A stretch of DNA of 64,000 bases from Octopus vulgaris (taxonomy: Eukaryota), in the NCBI GenBank assembly GCA_951406725.2, contig OX597820.1, positions 29,202,001-29,266,000 of the forward strand. The letters run 5' to 3'. Both the position numbers and the translations under genes were made by a program. Under the pieces are notes generated by a model. It saw nothing but the letters and a program-made list of their open reading frames with translations. It ran no database searches and was not told the origin of the DNA. Numbering within the stretch: the stretch's first letter is position 1; each line of letters opens with the position of its first letter. Shown one piece after another: positions 26,901 to 40,230 of this stretch.

Positions 26901-27424
26901 GAGAGAAAGAGAGATTTTGCACATAAACAACATTCTTAGACCCAAACAAATTGTTCACTTATAACTAAAGCCGTATTGTCAAATTGCGTTTGCAGCTACA
27001 GTAATTATATGAATATTACCGAACAATTAATGAAGCAACTACTTTACTTTATTAGAAACTAGCTTAAAGGCTGCATTCTATGTGGATTTTAAGCTGGTTG
27101 CTGCTAATTACGTCTGCGACACAAAACAAGGGAGACGTAAATCGCATAACTATGATATATCTATAATGATTATATACCCTGCTGGTGTTTGATCAGACGT
27201 TAAGGATGGATGGGTATGTATTCATGCTATTGTTCCAGTCCCAACTTAATTCCAACTGCTGGCCAATTTGTCCCAAAGTTCTTATCTGAAAGTAAAATTA
27301 ACGAAGCGAATGTCAATTATCTCCCCCTTCATCTGTGACGTCATCTGACAAACTCCAAGTAAGATGGCGTGAGTTAGTCAAGATTTACCTGCTAGAAGTA
27401 GCAACCCAAATACTTTTAAATCAG

Positions 27425-27750
27425 TTTTTCTTTATTTCCTATACATAGAGGGGACAAACAAGGAACATATAAGGGTCAGACATACTCTTTACAAACGATT
27501 AAAAACGAATGGGTTTATAGATATGTATGACGGATGATGTGAAGTTAAAAATATAGATATTAATATATGTAGATGTACTTATATATATATTGTGGATTTG
27601 GCGATACTTCGTTGTCGTTTATACGCTGAATACCACAACGGGAAAAGAAAAACAAACCTCAGACTGTTTGATCCACCATTTAAGAAAGCTTTGCGAGGTT
27701 ATCTTAAATTATAAGGAGTTGCGCGCTTCCTCTTATATCGCAAGGTCATC
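27425..27750 (-). mobile_element. 3' end fragment of an L1/Tx1-like element
   Basis: Minus-strand tail TGTTTGTCCCCTCTATGTATAGGAAATAAAGAAAAA; weak QSFLKWWIKQ similarity to the ORF2 end. Confidence 0.4.
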
Positions 27751-27769
27751 TTAAAATATAAGAAGGAGC

Positions 27770-28398
27770 CGTGTGCAGGAGTGGCTGTGTGGTAAGTAGA
27801 TTGCTTACCAACCACATAGTTCTGGGTTCAGTCCCACTGCGTGGCACCTTGGGCAAGTGTCTTCTACTATAGCCTCGGACCGGCCAAAGAAAAAGAAGGA
27901 AAGAAGAAAAAGAAGAAAAAGAAGAAAAAGATGAAGAAAAAGAAGAAGAAGAAAGAGAAAAAAAGGAAAAAAGAAAAAAGAATAAAAAGAAAAAGAAGAA
28001 AAGAAGAAGAAAAAGAAGAAAAAGAAAAAGAAGGAAAAAAAGAAAAAGAAAAAGAAGAAAAAGATGAAGAAAAAGAAGATGAAGAAAAAGAAAAAAGGAA
28101 AAAAGAAAAAAGAATAAAAAGAAAAAGAAGAAACGAAGAAGAAAAAGAAGAAAAAGAAAAAGAAGGAAAAAAAGAAAAAGAAAAAGAAGAAAAAGAAAGA
28201 AAGAAGAAAAAAAGAAGACGAAGAAGAAGAAAAAGAAGAAGAAGAAAAAGAAGAAAAGAAGAAAGAAAAGAAGAAGGAAAAGAAGAAAAGAAGAAAAAGA
28301 AGAAAAGAAGAAGAAGAAGAAGAAAAAGAAAAAGAAGAATATAAAGAAGAAAAAGAAAAAGAAAAAGAATATAAAGAAAAAGAAGAAGAAGAAGAAGA
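27770..28398 (+). repeat. Truncated SINE A head followed by a (GAA/GAAAAA) purine tract with a ~120-bp internal duplication
   Basis: Direct reading. Confidence 0.85.
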
Positions 28399-28936
28399 CA
28401 CCAACTACTGAAGATCTAAGAAGCAACGGAAATTTTAGAAAAAATACATAGATAAGGAAATGAGTGGAAATTGAACCGGTGAGTGTGTTAATTAATAAGT
28501 CATTAAAACAGAATGACCCTGCCCAGACACACGATATGCTTCAACACACGAATTCACATAAAGAATCTTCCAAACCAAATGCAAAAACGAAATGTGTGTG
28601 TGATATGTGTGTGTGTGATGTGTGTGCACGTGTGCGCCGTGTGTGCGCGGGTGTAGTTATACGCATGGTATTTTCATATCCATCAAACCCGATACAATAC
28701 ACACACGCTTCTATATTACAACACACATATATCGAAACATCTTTACGGCGATATGTGATATATATGTATATAGATAGGTACAACGCTTATAGTGTATGTC
28801 AAAGTTATCGTTTTAACGATTTGTAATACACAGATACAGCACATATTTTATATCCAAATATCGTTTCATCAAATCGCAGTATGTGGATACTCAATATATC
28901 TGAGTGCTCTTAATAGCAAAAATAAAATAAGTTCTT

Positions 28937-29707
28937 GGATCTTTTCATTTGTGAAGCCAGTTTTTCCAAATTTTTCCTACTGAACCAAACAATTTGAAAC
29001 TTCGTATACTGGTAGAATGTGTCAAAAGTAAACTTAATTGTAAACCAGAATGAAAACGGAATTGTAACTTCTAAGTTTAACATTGTTTAATAATTAGAAT
29101 TTTAACCAATGGTATTCCGTCTTTCGGCTTCATATTATTTACTCCGTCTCGACCACCAATTTGGTGACGTAGTAAACATATGGTATGTAAACAAATGTAA
29201 ACAAAACAATAACGATGACATTTTTTACTCGGTGTATGTGTATATATGTATGTGTATATATGTATGTGTATATATGTATGAATGTATGTATGTATGAATG
29301 TATGTATGTATGTGTGTATGTATCTATGTATGTATGTGTGTGTGTATGTGTGTGTATGTATGTGTGTGTATGTATGTATGTATGTATGTATGTATGTATG
29401 TATGTATGTATGTATGTATGGCCGATTCGGTGTTTAGTTTTTTCGAGTGAATACTCGGTGTATGTGTATCTGTATGTATGTGTGTGCATGTGTGTGTGTG
29501 TGTATGTGTGTGTATGTATGTGTGTATGTATGTATGTATGTATGGCCGATTCAGTGTTTAGTTTTTTCGAGTGAATACTCGGTGTATGTGTATCTGTATG
29601 TATGTGTGTGTGTGTATGTATCTATGTATTATGTGTGTGTATGTATGTGTGTGTGTATGTATCTATGTATGTATGTGTGTGTATGTATGTGTGTGTGTGT
29701 GTGTGTA

Positions 29708-29750
<43 letters not shown>

Positions 29751-30098
29751 CACATGTATGTATGGCCGATTCAATGTTTAGTTTTTTCGAGTGAATACTC
29801 GGTGTATGTGTATCTGTATGTATGTGTGTGTGTGTGTGTGTATGTATCTCTACGTCACAAAACTGCTTTCTACGTCACACTAACAGAATGCAGTAACGTA
29901 TTAAATATGAAAACAAGCAATCTCATTGGTTAAAATTCGCAGTTTTAATCTACGATTAAAGTCATAAAATAGATTTTTCTCAAATAAACTAGTTCCAACC
30001 TGTGTCTTGTTTTGAAACACTGTACCAGCATACGAAGTTTCAAATTATTTAGTTAAGTAGAAAGATCTGGGCTCCTGGCCACACAATTGAAAAGATCC
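28937..30098. mobile_element. Non-autonomous DNA transposon with long imperfect TIRs and 8-bp TSD
   Basis: GGATCTTTTCA..TGTG / CACA..TGAAAAGATCC termini, TIR similarity about 90 bp, TSD AAGTTCTT at 28929-28936 and 30099-30106. Confidence 0.8.
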
Positions 30099-30345
30099 AA
30101 GTTCTTAACTATGGATTTATACTACTTCAACTGTTCTACCAAAACCATTCCGAGTCCTTCGAATAATCTCTACATCGTGAAATTACAGGAGAAAATCAAT
30201 GACTAACCTAAACGCATTCAGTGGAAAGAGATCTGTTTTAACTCTGACATGACGTCTCTTCATAAATCTATGATATCAAAACATCGAACTGGATCCCGAG
30301 AATTAAGGTTCTAAGGCTCTTCGAATCCGATTACCTAGATTTAAT

Positions 30346-30668
30346 TATTTTTATTTATTTATGCGTCCTTTTCAAGCCTAGCCAGGCTCATGGGCCCGGT
30401 TTCCTGGTTTCTGTGGCGTTATGTGTTCCCCCCAGCTGGACCGGGACGCCAATCCATCGCAGCGTTACTCAAGAAACAGGAAGAAAGAGTGAGAGAAAGT
30501 TGGGGCGAAAGAGTACAACAGGGGTCTCCACCACTCCCTGCCGGAGCCTCGTGGAGCATTTAGGTGTTTTCGCTCAATAAACCCACACAACGCCCGGTCT
30601 GTGAATCGAAACCGCGATCCTCCGACCGCGAGTCCGCTGCCCTAACCACTGGGCCATTGCGCCTCTAC
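30346..30668 (-). mobile_element. SINE family C
   Basis: 13-bp TSD ACCTAGATTTAAT (30333-30345, 30669-30681). Confidence 0.9.
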
Positions 30669-30894
30669 ACCTAGATTTAATAGCGAACATTAAATTTCAT
30701 AAACAAAACAAAAAACGTAAATGTGCCATAACGCAAATTAAGAAATTTAGCGAAGCAATATTTTAAAGGATAAATAAATGTAGAAGCATGAAGAAAACAG
30801 ATAAGACACTATGCAAACAGCTACTCAGTAATAACATTATACAAATCTACATTAAAATAAGCATCAACACATATAACAATATAATAATGAAGCT

Positions 30895-31105
30895 GGGGCG
30901 GCGAGCTGGCAGAATCGTTAGTACACCGGCCAAAATGCTTAGCGACATTTCTTTCATCTGTACGCCCTCTGTTCAAATTCCGCCGAGGTCGGCTTCGCCT
31001 TTCGGAGTTGATAAATTAAGTACCAGTCGAGCACTGGAAGCGATGTAATCGACGTATCCTCTCCTTCAAAATTGTTAGCTTTGTGCCAAACTGAGAAGCC
31101 AATAT
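30895..31105 (+). mobile_element. SINE family B (diverged)
   Basis: Head GGCGGCGAGCTGGCAGAATCGTTAG and core recognisable. Confidence 0.75.
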
Positions 31106-31959
31106 CAATAATATTAATACGCTTTTTGTTTTTTGTACGTACCTGTTGTGTGCGTCACACTTACTTCAAAGAAGTGGCAAAATGAGAAAGAGACGAGGAC
31201 AGAGAGTAAGTAAGTGAGAGAGAGAGAGAAATTGAAGGAGTGAGGGAGAAAGAGAGAGAGTGAAAGAGACAGTGAGTGGTAACGGCGTTCGTTTTGTATT
31301 TTTAAATGTTTATCACATCGCAAGAGGAGTAGATACACAGATACATATACACAATGTTAAATCAAAAGCAGGAGAGAAGATGGACACAAAGGAAGTGAAA
31401 GAGAAAGAGAGAAAGTGAGAGAGACAGTAGATACATAAATCTAAAGAAAAGTTCATACATAGATACATGCACACAGCAAATACTGGATGTCAATTTCACT
31501 TTTCATTACCACACGACGATGAAATTAACTCACAAATGACTGAGTACTCCACAGACATCCATAACATTAACGTAGTTCTCAGGGAGATTCAGCCTCACAC
31601 AGAATATGACAAGGCTGGCTTTTTGAATTACAGTTCCAACTCGAGACACATATACGAATGTATTTGTGTGTGTGTATAGTATAAAATTTATCTCAGTGAG
31701 ACTCGAACTCAAAAGAGAGATGTAACTAAACACTTCAGTCAATTCTTTCGACTCACAGTGATACCATAGAAAGAGAAAAAGGAATAGACAAGACACGACC
31801 GGAAAGAAGAGGAGACACGAAGAACAGAAAGTCATTGAAGAGGAGACACGAGGAACAGAAAGTCATTGAAGAGGTCACAGAATGTGTAACGAAAAAAATA
31901 CTGACAAATAAACATATAATGATAATAGAGCTGAAGTGAAGATGAAATAAATAGTACTT

Positions 31960-32038
<79 letters not shown>

Positions 32039-32106
32039 TTGTACGTGTACATAGATACATACTTTATATATATATATTTATATATATATATACATACACA
32101 CACAGA

Positions 32107-32294
32107 CGAAGGAGTTCTGAAAAGTTCCTGGTTTTAAGGATGTCGCGAAAAGCCTGGTTGTCGGTCCAACCTTCCAAATTCTTTAACAGAGCTCAGAAAA
32201 AGTGAAGGATTGCAGCAATAAGTGTGTGAATCTGAGAGAGGAATATGTTGAATAAATCATAATTAACTGATCCTCCTCCATTTTCTTTTACCCA

Positions 32295-32295
<1 letters not shown>
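32107..32295 (+). mobile_element. Internally deleted mariner derivative
   Basis: CGAAGGAGTTCTGAAAAGTTCCTGG TIR-like start; transposase end NKCVNLREEYVE*. Confidence 0.55.
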
Positions 32296-32340
<45 letters not shown>

Positions 32341-32557
32341 GCCAACCAAGTGTGGCGTCCCATACAGGACAGCGCTACTGACGTTTATAGCCCCAGGAAG
32401 ACATCTCCTCCAGCTGGCTAACGACACACATTCTGTGTTCGATTAGTATTTGCGAGGGGAGGTCATCGCTCCCATCTCTAGTCTTACGTGATACACACGG
32501 ACTCGAGTTTCTAGATGGTTACCCGTCCTCGGCGTGTGTTAATCACAAACTAATGAT

Positions 32558-32930
32558 AAATCCTTTATTATGATTGAATGATCTAACATAGAGGGGACAG
32601 CACAGGACGTTACAAACATATAATGTTCAAGAGTTCGTTTAGTTTATGCAGTTAAAAATATAGAATGATTTATATTTGTGCTGAGAGTTAATTACAATGA
32701 ATTATTACACATGTTGGCCAGGAAGTCCACTGGCTACACCGTACGAACTTACTATGAATTTAAGCAGGCTCATTCATTCCCAACTTCCTCTCCACACCCT
32801 TCCATCTTTTCCCGTTTACGCTTCACGACAGCCGTAACTTGCTCTTCAGATGATATCTGAAATAGTACAGCAAACCAGGGCCGGAGATGAAGGTTCACTT
32901 TGCGACTCCTTTCATCCTCGTTTTCCATAT
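32558..32930 (-). mobile_element. L1/Tx1-like LINE 3' fragment (ORF2 C-terminus plus 3'UTR)
   Basis: RMKGVAK*TFISGPGLLYYFRYHLKSKLR...KRWKGV; tail GTCCTGTGCTGTCCCCTCTATG...AATAAAG. Confidence 0.6.
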
Positions 32931-33159
32931 GCACTCTTTCAAAACTGCAACTGTGCATAACAAACATGCCTCACCTTCCTTTGAATCACAAGCTAGTGAA
33001 GAAAACTCATTCCACTTACAAAGGTATCCGTGTTTATCAAGTAAGGCTAGAGATGGGAGCGATGACCTCCCCTTTGCAACAAATACTAATCGGACAAAGA
33101 ATGTGTGTTGTTAGCCAGCTGGAGCGTGTGTTAATCACAAGCTATTGATGAAAACTCAT

Positions 33160-33163
33160 TATA

Positions 33164-33228
<65 letters not shown>

Positions 33229-33499
33229 TACATATACATATGTACATATATATACACATATATATATATACACACATATATATACACATATATATACACA
33301 CATATATATACACATATATATACACACATATATATACACACACATATATATACACATATATATACACATATATATATATATATACACATATATATATATA
33401 CATATATATATATACATATATATATATACATATATATATATAAATATATATATACATATATATATAAATATATATACATATACATATACATATATATAC

Positions 33500-33549
<50 letters not shown>

Positions 33550-33551
33550 AC

Positions 33552-33585
<34 letters not shown>

Positions 33586-33595
33586 ATATATATAT

Positions 33596-33674
<79 letters not shown>

Positions 33675-33700
33675 CATATATATACATATATATATATATG
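33160..33700. repeat. (TA)n/(TACA) microsatellite
   Basis: Direct reading. Confidence 0.97.
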
Positions 33701-35980
33701 ATTTTTTGATTTTGATTTGATTTTTGATTTTTCCAGTTTCAGCTTATGAGCTGTGGCCATGCTGGGGCACCGCCATTTGGTGTTGCTACTTGGTTTCACT
33801 TCATGAAGGCTTTCTAGCAGCTGCTATTTGGTGCATGAGAGAGTTCGATGCAGCTGCCCTCATCTGCCCCTCCTGCCGTGAAGTTGGTTCATCTGGGACA
33901 TCTGACAGGAAGAGATCCAGCTTCATTTTAAAGACATCTGTATCCACCCCATGCAGGTCTCTCAGGTTCTTCGGGAGGATATTGAAGAGCTGTGGGCCTC
34001 GAAGCCCAGGCTATCACAGAATCTTGTCCTACATCTTGATGGCAAGTTTGGAGTCCTAGGCACCACGCAGTGGCGCCCAGTTCTGGCATTTGCGTAACTC
34101 TCGATGCCAAAGTTCAGGACCCTTCCCTCCAGGATCTTCCAGATGTATATTATGGCATATCTTTCCCGCCTACGCTCCAGGGAATATAATTTTAATTTCC
34201 TGAGTCTTTCCCAGTAGCTTACATTCTGCATAGAGGCTATCTTCTTCGTTTAGCTACGTTGGATCGCCTCGAGCTCTGTGATCAACTTGACACTGGATGG
34301 TGACCATAACTGAGAGCAGTAGTCAAAGTGGCTTAGGACAAGTGTCCTCCAGAGGACCATCATGGTTTCTTGTTCTCTTGTTCTAAAGGTTCTGAGGATC
34401 CATCCGGCCAGTCGTCTACATTTCATTGCCAATTTAGCAACATGTACACGAAAGGTCGCGTCATCACTCATGTAAATACCTAGGTCACGCACTGATTGTG
34501 CCTCTGGGATTGCTATTCCTCCGGGTCCAGTGTATTCATTGGGTATTGCATTTAGTTTTGCATGCTGATAGTATAGAGCTTGAAACTTTTCAGCATTGAA
34601 CTGCATGCTATTCTTTTCGGCCCACTTGTATATTTTGTCTAGCTCACATTGCAGGTGTTTAGTGTCCTCAGGGTTCTGTATTGCCTGTGAAACTTTTGTA
34701 TCATCTGCATAACTTGTGATCGTGGCTCTCTGCGTGGCTGAGGGCATGTCTGAGAGGGCCATTATGAACAGTAGTGGTCCCAGAACAGTGCCCTGCGGAA
34801 CACCGCTCACTATTTGCGTGTTAATGGAAGTGGCCCCATTGGCCGCTACCACCTGACTTCTATCTTTCAGAAAGTCATGAAGCCATTCTCCCCGTTTTCC
34901 AACTATGTTGAGATCACGCAGTTTGTGACATATCATTCCATGATCGACTTTATCAAAGGCCTTTGCAAAGTCGAGATATATCACTTCCACATTTGAGTGG
35001 TTGAGCAGCCGTTTCAGCACCCAGTCATAGTGTTGTAGGAGCTGAGTTAAACAGCTTCTCCCTGGTCGGAAACTATGTTGGGTGTCGGGCAGCAAGTCAT
35101 TTTCTTCAAGGAAGGTGATCAGCTTCCTTCTGACTATTCGTTCCATGACCTTGCTGATGTGTGAGGTCAGAGAGATAGGTTTATAGTTCTTGGCTTCCGC
35201 TCTGCTACCTCCTTTATGAATGGGGCATATTTTACCTTCCTTCAGTTTTCTTGGAAGTTTGCCAGCTGCAAGGAAACTCTGAAAGAGGAACTGCAGTGGT
35301 CTTGCTAGGACTCTCTTACATGCTTTTAGGAGGATTGCGGGAATCCATCGGGGCCAGTAGCTGAGTCTGTTTTCATTTCATCTATAGCCTTGATTACATC
35401 GTCTTCCTTTATATCGATGTAATCTATCGTCGCCGCCTCTGATTTTATATCTGCAGTGGTAAAAAAGTCAGTTGGATTGGTGATTTGGAGATGCCCAAGG
35501 AGTGGAGTGAAAACACTCTTGAATTGCTAATTCAGTATTTCACTTACCCTCATTGGTTTTCCTGTAAGTGTGCCATCCTTTTCAAGGAGTGGCCCTATTC
35601 TACAGTGCACCGTAGCTGTTTCTTTGGCATACCTGTAGAAAGCTCTGGGGTTAGATTTTATGCTGTCTATAGCCCAGGCTTCTTTGTCTGCTCTTTCCTT
35701 TTCATGGGAGAGTTTCAGACATTTTTCGATTTCCAACAGTTTTATTTTTAGGCGGGACTTTTCACTGCTTTCAATCTGTTTGTTTAGGCGATTTGAAAAT
35801 TTTGTACGCCGTCTCATTAGAATTTTCCTCTCTCTGGGGATTTTGTTCTTGTGTACAGTGGCCTTTCTCTCTGGGACATATTTGTAGCATATGGCTTGCA
35901 TTACAGACATGAATTGTTGAAGTTTCACGTCGATGTCTGGCGAGGAGAGACATTTAGGCCAGTTTTGTTTGAGGATCTCT
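33700..35980 (-). mobile_element. CR1/L2-group LINE, 5'-truncated, few disablements
   Basis: ORF 34250-35146 with RT motifs QHSFRPGRSC, YLDFAKAFDKVDH, GVPQGTVLGP, YADD, RDLG; continues in ORFs 35527 and 33962; (AATCAA)-like tail. Confidence 0.92.
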
Positions 35981-36034
35981 ATATACATATATATATATAT
36001 ATATATACACATACATATATATATATACATATAC

Positions 36035-36091
<57 letters not shown>

Positions 36092-36104
36092 CATATACAC
36101 ATGC

Positions 36105-36168
<64 letters not shown>

Positions 36169-36316
36169 ATATACATATATATATATACATATACATATAT
36201 ATATACATATACATATATATATATATATACATATACATATACATATATATATACATATACATATATATATACATATATATATACATATACATATATATAT
36301 ACATATATATATATAC

Positions 36317-36371
<55 letters not shown>

Positions 36372-36398
36372 CATATATATATATATACATATATATAC

Positions 36399-36430
<32 letters not shown>

Positions 36431-36468
36431 ATATATACATATACATATACATATATATACATATATAC

Positions 36469-36528
<60 letters not shown>

Positions 36529-36568
36529 ATACATATACATATACATATATATATATATATATACATAA

Positions 36569-36600
<32 letters not shown>

Positions 36601-36825
36601 ATACATATACATATATATATATACATATATATATACATATACATATACATATATATATACATATACATATATATATATACATATATACATATACATATAT
36701 ATATACATACATATATACATATACATATACATATATATATACATATACATATATATATACATATACATATATATATACACATATATATATATACACACAT
36801 ATATATATATATATATATATACACA
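35980..36825. repeat. Long (TA)n/(CATATA)n microsatellite
   Basis: Direct reading. Confidence 0.97.
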
Positions 36826-37212
36826 ACCGCTAAATAGTTGTAATTCTGAAATTAAATCAGCAGTTTATATTTGCTGCTGAGAAGACCGCGCGATTGCGGT
36901 AGAATTTTGAAAATTTAGAGCATATAGACTGGAGGCTTCTTTACCATCGCCTCGTGGACATATACTTGTCCTTGGCGTCTCTGCTGACGAGGCACGCCAG
37001 TTGTAAATAAATTTAATTTAATTTAATTAATTTGTTTGCAGAAACTATGCATAGTCCAGAGATGAAAGGGGTAAACGTTTTTATTTCTCTTTCTATTTCA
37101 GAATTACAACTATTTAGCGGTTTGAGTATGGCTGCTCTTTCTAATGAGTCGAATGGCCTATTATGGCCATTTCTTATATTGTTGAATGTATATTATATAG
37201 TTTTTGACTAGT

Positions 37213-37542
37213 GAGGGCGCGTGGCTTAGTGGTTAGGGCATTCGGCTCATGATCGTAAGGTTGTGATTTCGATTCCCGGCGACGCGTTGTGTCCTTGAGC
37301 AAGACACTTTATTTCACGTTGCTCCAGTCCACTCAGCTGGCAAAAATGAGTTGTACTTGTATTTCAAACGGTCAGCCTTGTCACTCTCTGTGTCACGCTG
37401 ATTATCCCCGAGAACTACGTTAAGGGTACACGTGTCTGTGGAATGCTTAGCCATTTGCACGTTAATTTCACGAGCAAGCTATTCCGTTGATCGTATCAGC
37501 TGGGATCCTCGTCGTCGTAACCGGCGGAGTCTTAAAGAAAAA
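37213..37542 (+). mobile_element. SINE family D
   Basis: A box TGGCTTAGTGGTT, B box GATTTCGATTCCC, CORE-like CTTGAGCAAGACACT; TSD AGTTTTTGACTA. Confidence 0.88.
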
Positions 37543-37622
37543 AGTTTTTGACTATCTTTTCTTTCTCACTAGACCGCTTGTAGCGGAGAATTTTTTCTAA
37601 AATTTTTTGCTACCCTTATATT

Positions 37623-37665
<43 letters not shown>

Positions 37666-38114
37666 TATATTGGTTAAGTGTGAACTCAATAGAAATGAAT
37701 TATCAGTAAGATGATATAGTGGGTAAATGAGTAAGATAAAATGGTTTAAAATTAAAGTGAAGGAATTTAAATAAGAAATTGAAAAATAAATATAAAGTTA
37801 TTGTAGAATATTGTAGATTTGTTTTCTAAAAACTTATAAAAGAATATACCTAGCTTATTTATGATAGGTGAGGTAGGCTGCTATCAGAAAATATCATATA
37901 ATTGCATTATAATTTTATAATTACTAGAATAAAATTACTATTTTCTTATCATGGGAGTTGTCATGAAAGATTAGTGTTTAATATCGGGTGAAGAAATGAT
38001 CAAGCTATTGGTTAAAAATTATAATATTAATAAGACTTTTATAGAAATAGAAACTAAATAACCTAGATATTATCTATTCCTTATCAGGTTTTGAATATTG
38101 ATATACATACCATA

Positions 38115-38167
<53 letters not shown>

Positions 38168-38940
38168 CACTTACATTTGAAACGAGAATACTGATCTTAA
38201 GATACTTGAACGTAATGCCATTTCATTTGAATCAGCAATTTTGAAAATTTTTGCTTCGTTTTTTTGCTATTTGAGTATTATTCCCTTATTTCATTTTCCT
38301 TGTTATTTAATTTTCCATAACTCAATTTTCTGCATTATGTTAGGTGGCATTCGTTTCGTACCGGAAGTCACGGACGTTTTGAAAACATTCGGCTTCCTCC
38401 AGACTACTAACAGCTTCCTCACCATTCTACTTTAAGACTAAACTTTAATGCGAAATATGTTCCCCGAGAATGTCACAAATAGGTGAAGTCTCCGTCTTCA
38501 GTTTCCTGTTAATTAAGTATAATGTCTATTAACAAACTCATCAATCACTGCTGTCATCTATAATCATCGTTACCACGGTTAGCTGTTTCTGGGCCACCGC
38601 CATCTTTGTAGAGAAGTTCTTGTTTAGTGCCATTCATCGCATTATTGATTCAAATATTATTATTATTATTATTATCTTTTTCTTATATTAAATATCTTGG
38701 CCTATTGTCACAGCTGCCCGTGATTAAATCACTCGCTGACATATCTCTGAAATTGTAGGTCTCTGTAAACGTTTTGTTAGAGTTACTAAATACCCAGTTA
38801 ACATTCACGTGTACCGTTATTTCTTACATTAAACTTTATTACTGGAACATTCAGTGATTACAACTGCGACGTTAAACCACCAGGGTTAACTACTTGTTGT
38901 GTTTTTACTAGGTATATGAGACTTTTGTCAATGGATAGTA

Positions 38941-39265
38941 GTTATTTATTTATTTATTTATGCGCCCTTTTCAAGCCTAGCCAGGCTCATGGGCCCGGTT
39001 TCCCGGTTTCTATAGCGTATGCGTTCCCCCCAGCTGGACCGGGACGCCAGTCCATCGCAGCGTTACTCAAGAAACAGGAAGAAAGAGTGAGAGAAAGTTG
39101 GGGCGAAAGAGTACAACAGGGGTCGCCACCACCCCCTGCCTGAGCCTCGTGGAACTTTTAGGTGTTTTCGCTCAATAAACACACACAACGCCCAGTCTGG
39201 GAATCGAAACCGCGATCCTCCGACCACGAGTCCGCTGCCCGGCGACTGGTCCATTGCGCCTCCAC
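38941..39265 (-). mobile_element. SINE family C
   Basis: 12-bp TSD CAATGGATAGTA (38929-38940, 39266-39277). Confidence 0.9.
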
Positions 39266-40019
39266 CAATGGATAGTATACAGCCCCATTCTCTATTGAAG
39301 TCGGCTGCTGCAGTTTTCTGACAAGATCGGTGCTCTACCTTCTGCAGAAGATTGCTTTGGAACCCAAACAAACGAAGAATGTCACTGAGGGATAAATGAC
39401 ACCAACTAAAAGTGATCATGGTTGAAAGAGACCGTAGATGGAAGTCTTCCGCAGGTAAAGACTAATTTAGCTCTTGCTGACCCACTCAAGCGAAGTACAG
39501 ATTCTAAGAGGCAGAACGCTTGTGACTTCGATGAGGATACGGGAAGGTTTCTGATATTGCGATGTATACATTTATGTATACACAACTAAAAGAATAGCTT
39601 GCAATATCTCTAAGTAACTTCTGTAGTTTTTATGAAGGGCAAATTATCTCTGATATTTATTTCACCTTAATTGCTTTGATTTTTTTTTTCTTTCTTACTT
39701 CTGTTGTGTATTTGGAATTGAACCTATTCGAATAATATTGATTTTTTTCATCAGAGTAGCTGAACGTCACCACAGTACTTTCTCCAAGTCCACTTTTGTT
39801 CATCCATTAATGCTTGTAGTGGTTATGAACAAGAAGACTGGCTGGAAAAATTCCCTTAGGCATTGTTTTACGTTTAAGAATTAGTAAAGATGCGAGTTTT
39901 GGCCAGTTTCTACTTTAAACTGAAATAAAAGTCTGAAAGTAATGAGAGTATGTTCACACCTTGTCGTTTTTATAGATACCGTCTTTGCACCATAATTTTC
40001 CGTGTTTTTCTAATATTGA

Positions 40020-40230
40020 TTTCAAATTTTGGCACAATGTCAGTAATTCTAGAGGAGGAGGTAGGCCCTTTTACATCGACCCCGGTGATCGACTGGTACT
40101 TATTTTATCGACCCCGACACATTGGAAGACAAAGTCATCCCCGGTGGCATTTGAACTCAGAAGGTAACGACGGACAAAGTGCCTCTAAGCATTTTGGCCG
40201 GAGTGCTAAAGTTTCTGCCAGTTCAGCATC
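40020..40230 (-). mobile_element. SINE family B (diverged)
   Basis: Core and head recognisable. Confidence 0.7.

Noticed and set aside
27746-28426. Poly-K/E and poly-F/S ORFs (also 18340-18786)
   Set aside because: Translations of (GAA)n-type simple repeats with no splice or domain support
29417-29820. CRISPR-like repeat-spacer pattern
   Set aside because: Eukaryotic context, spacers are microsatellites, no cas genes; it lies inside a DNA transposon
38340-38420. ETS motif CCGGAAGT as a promoter
   Set aside because: Single short motif with no supporting exon or motif cluster
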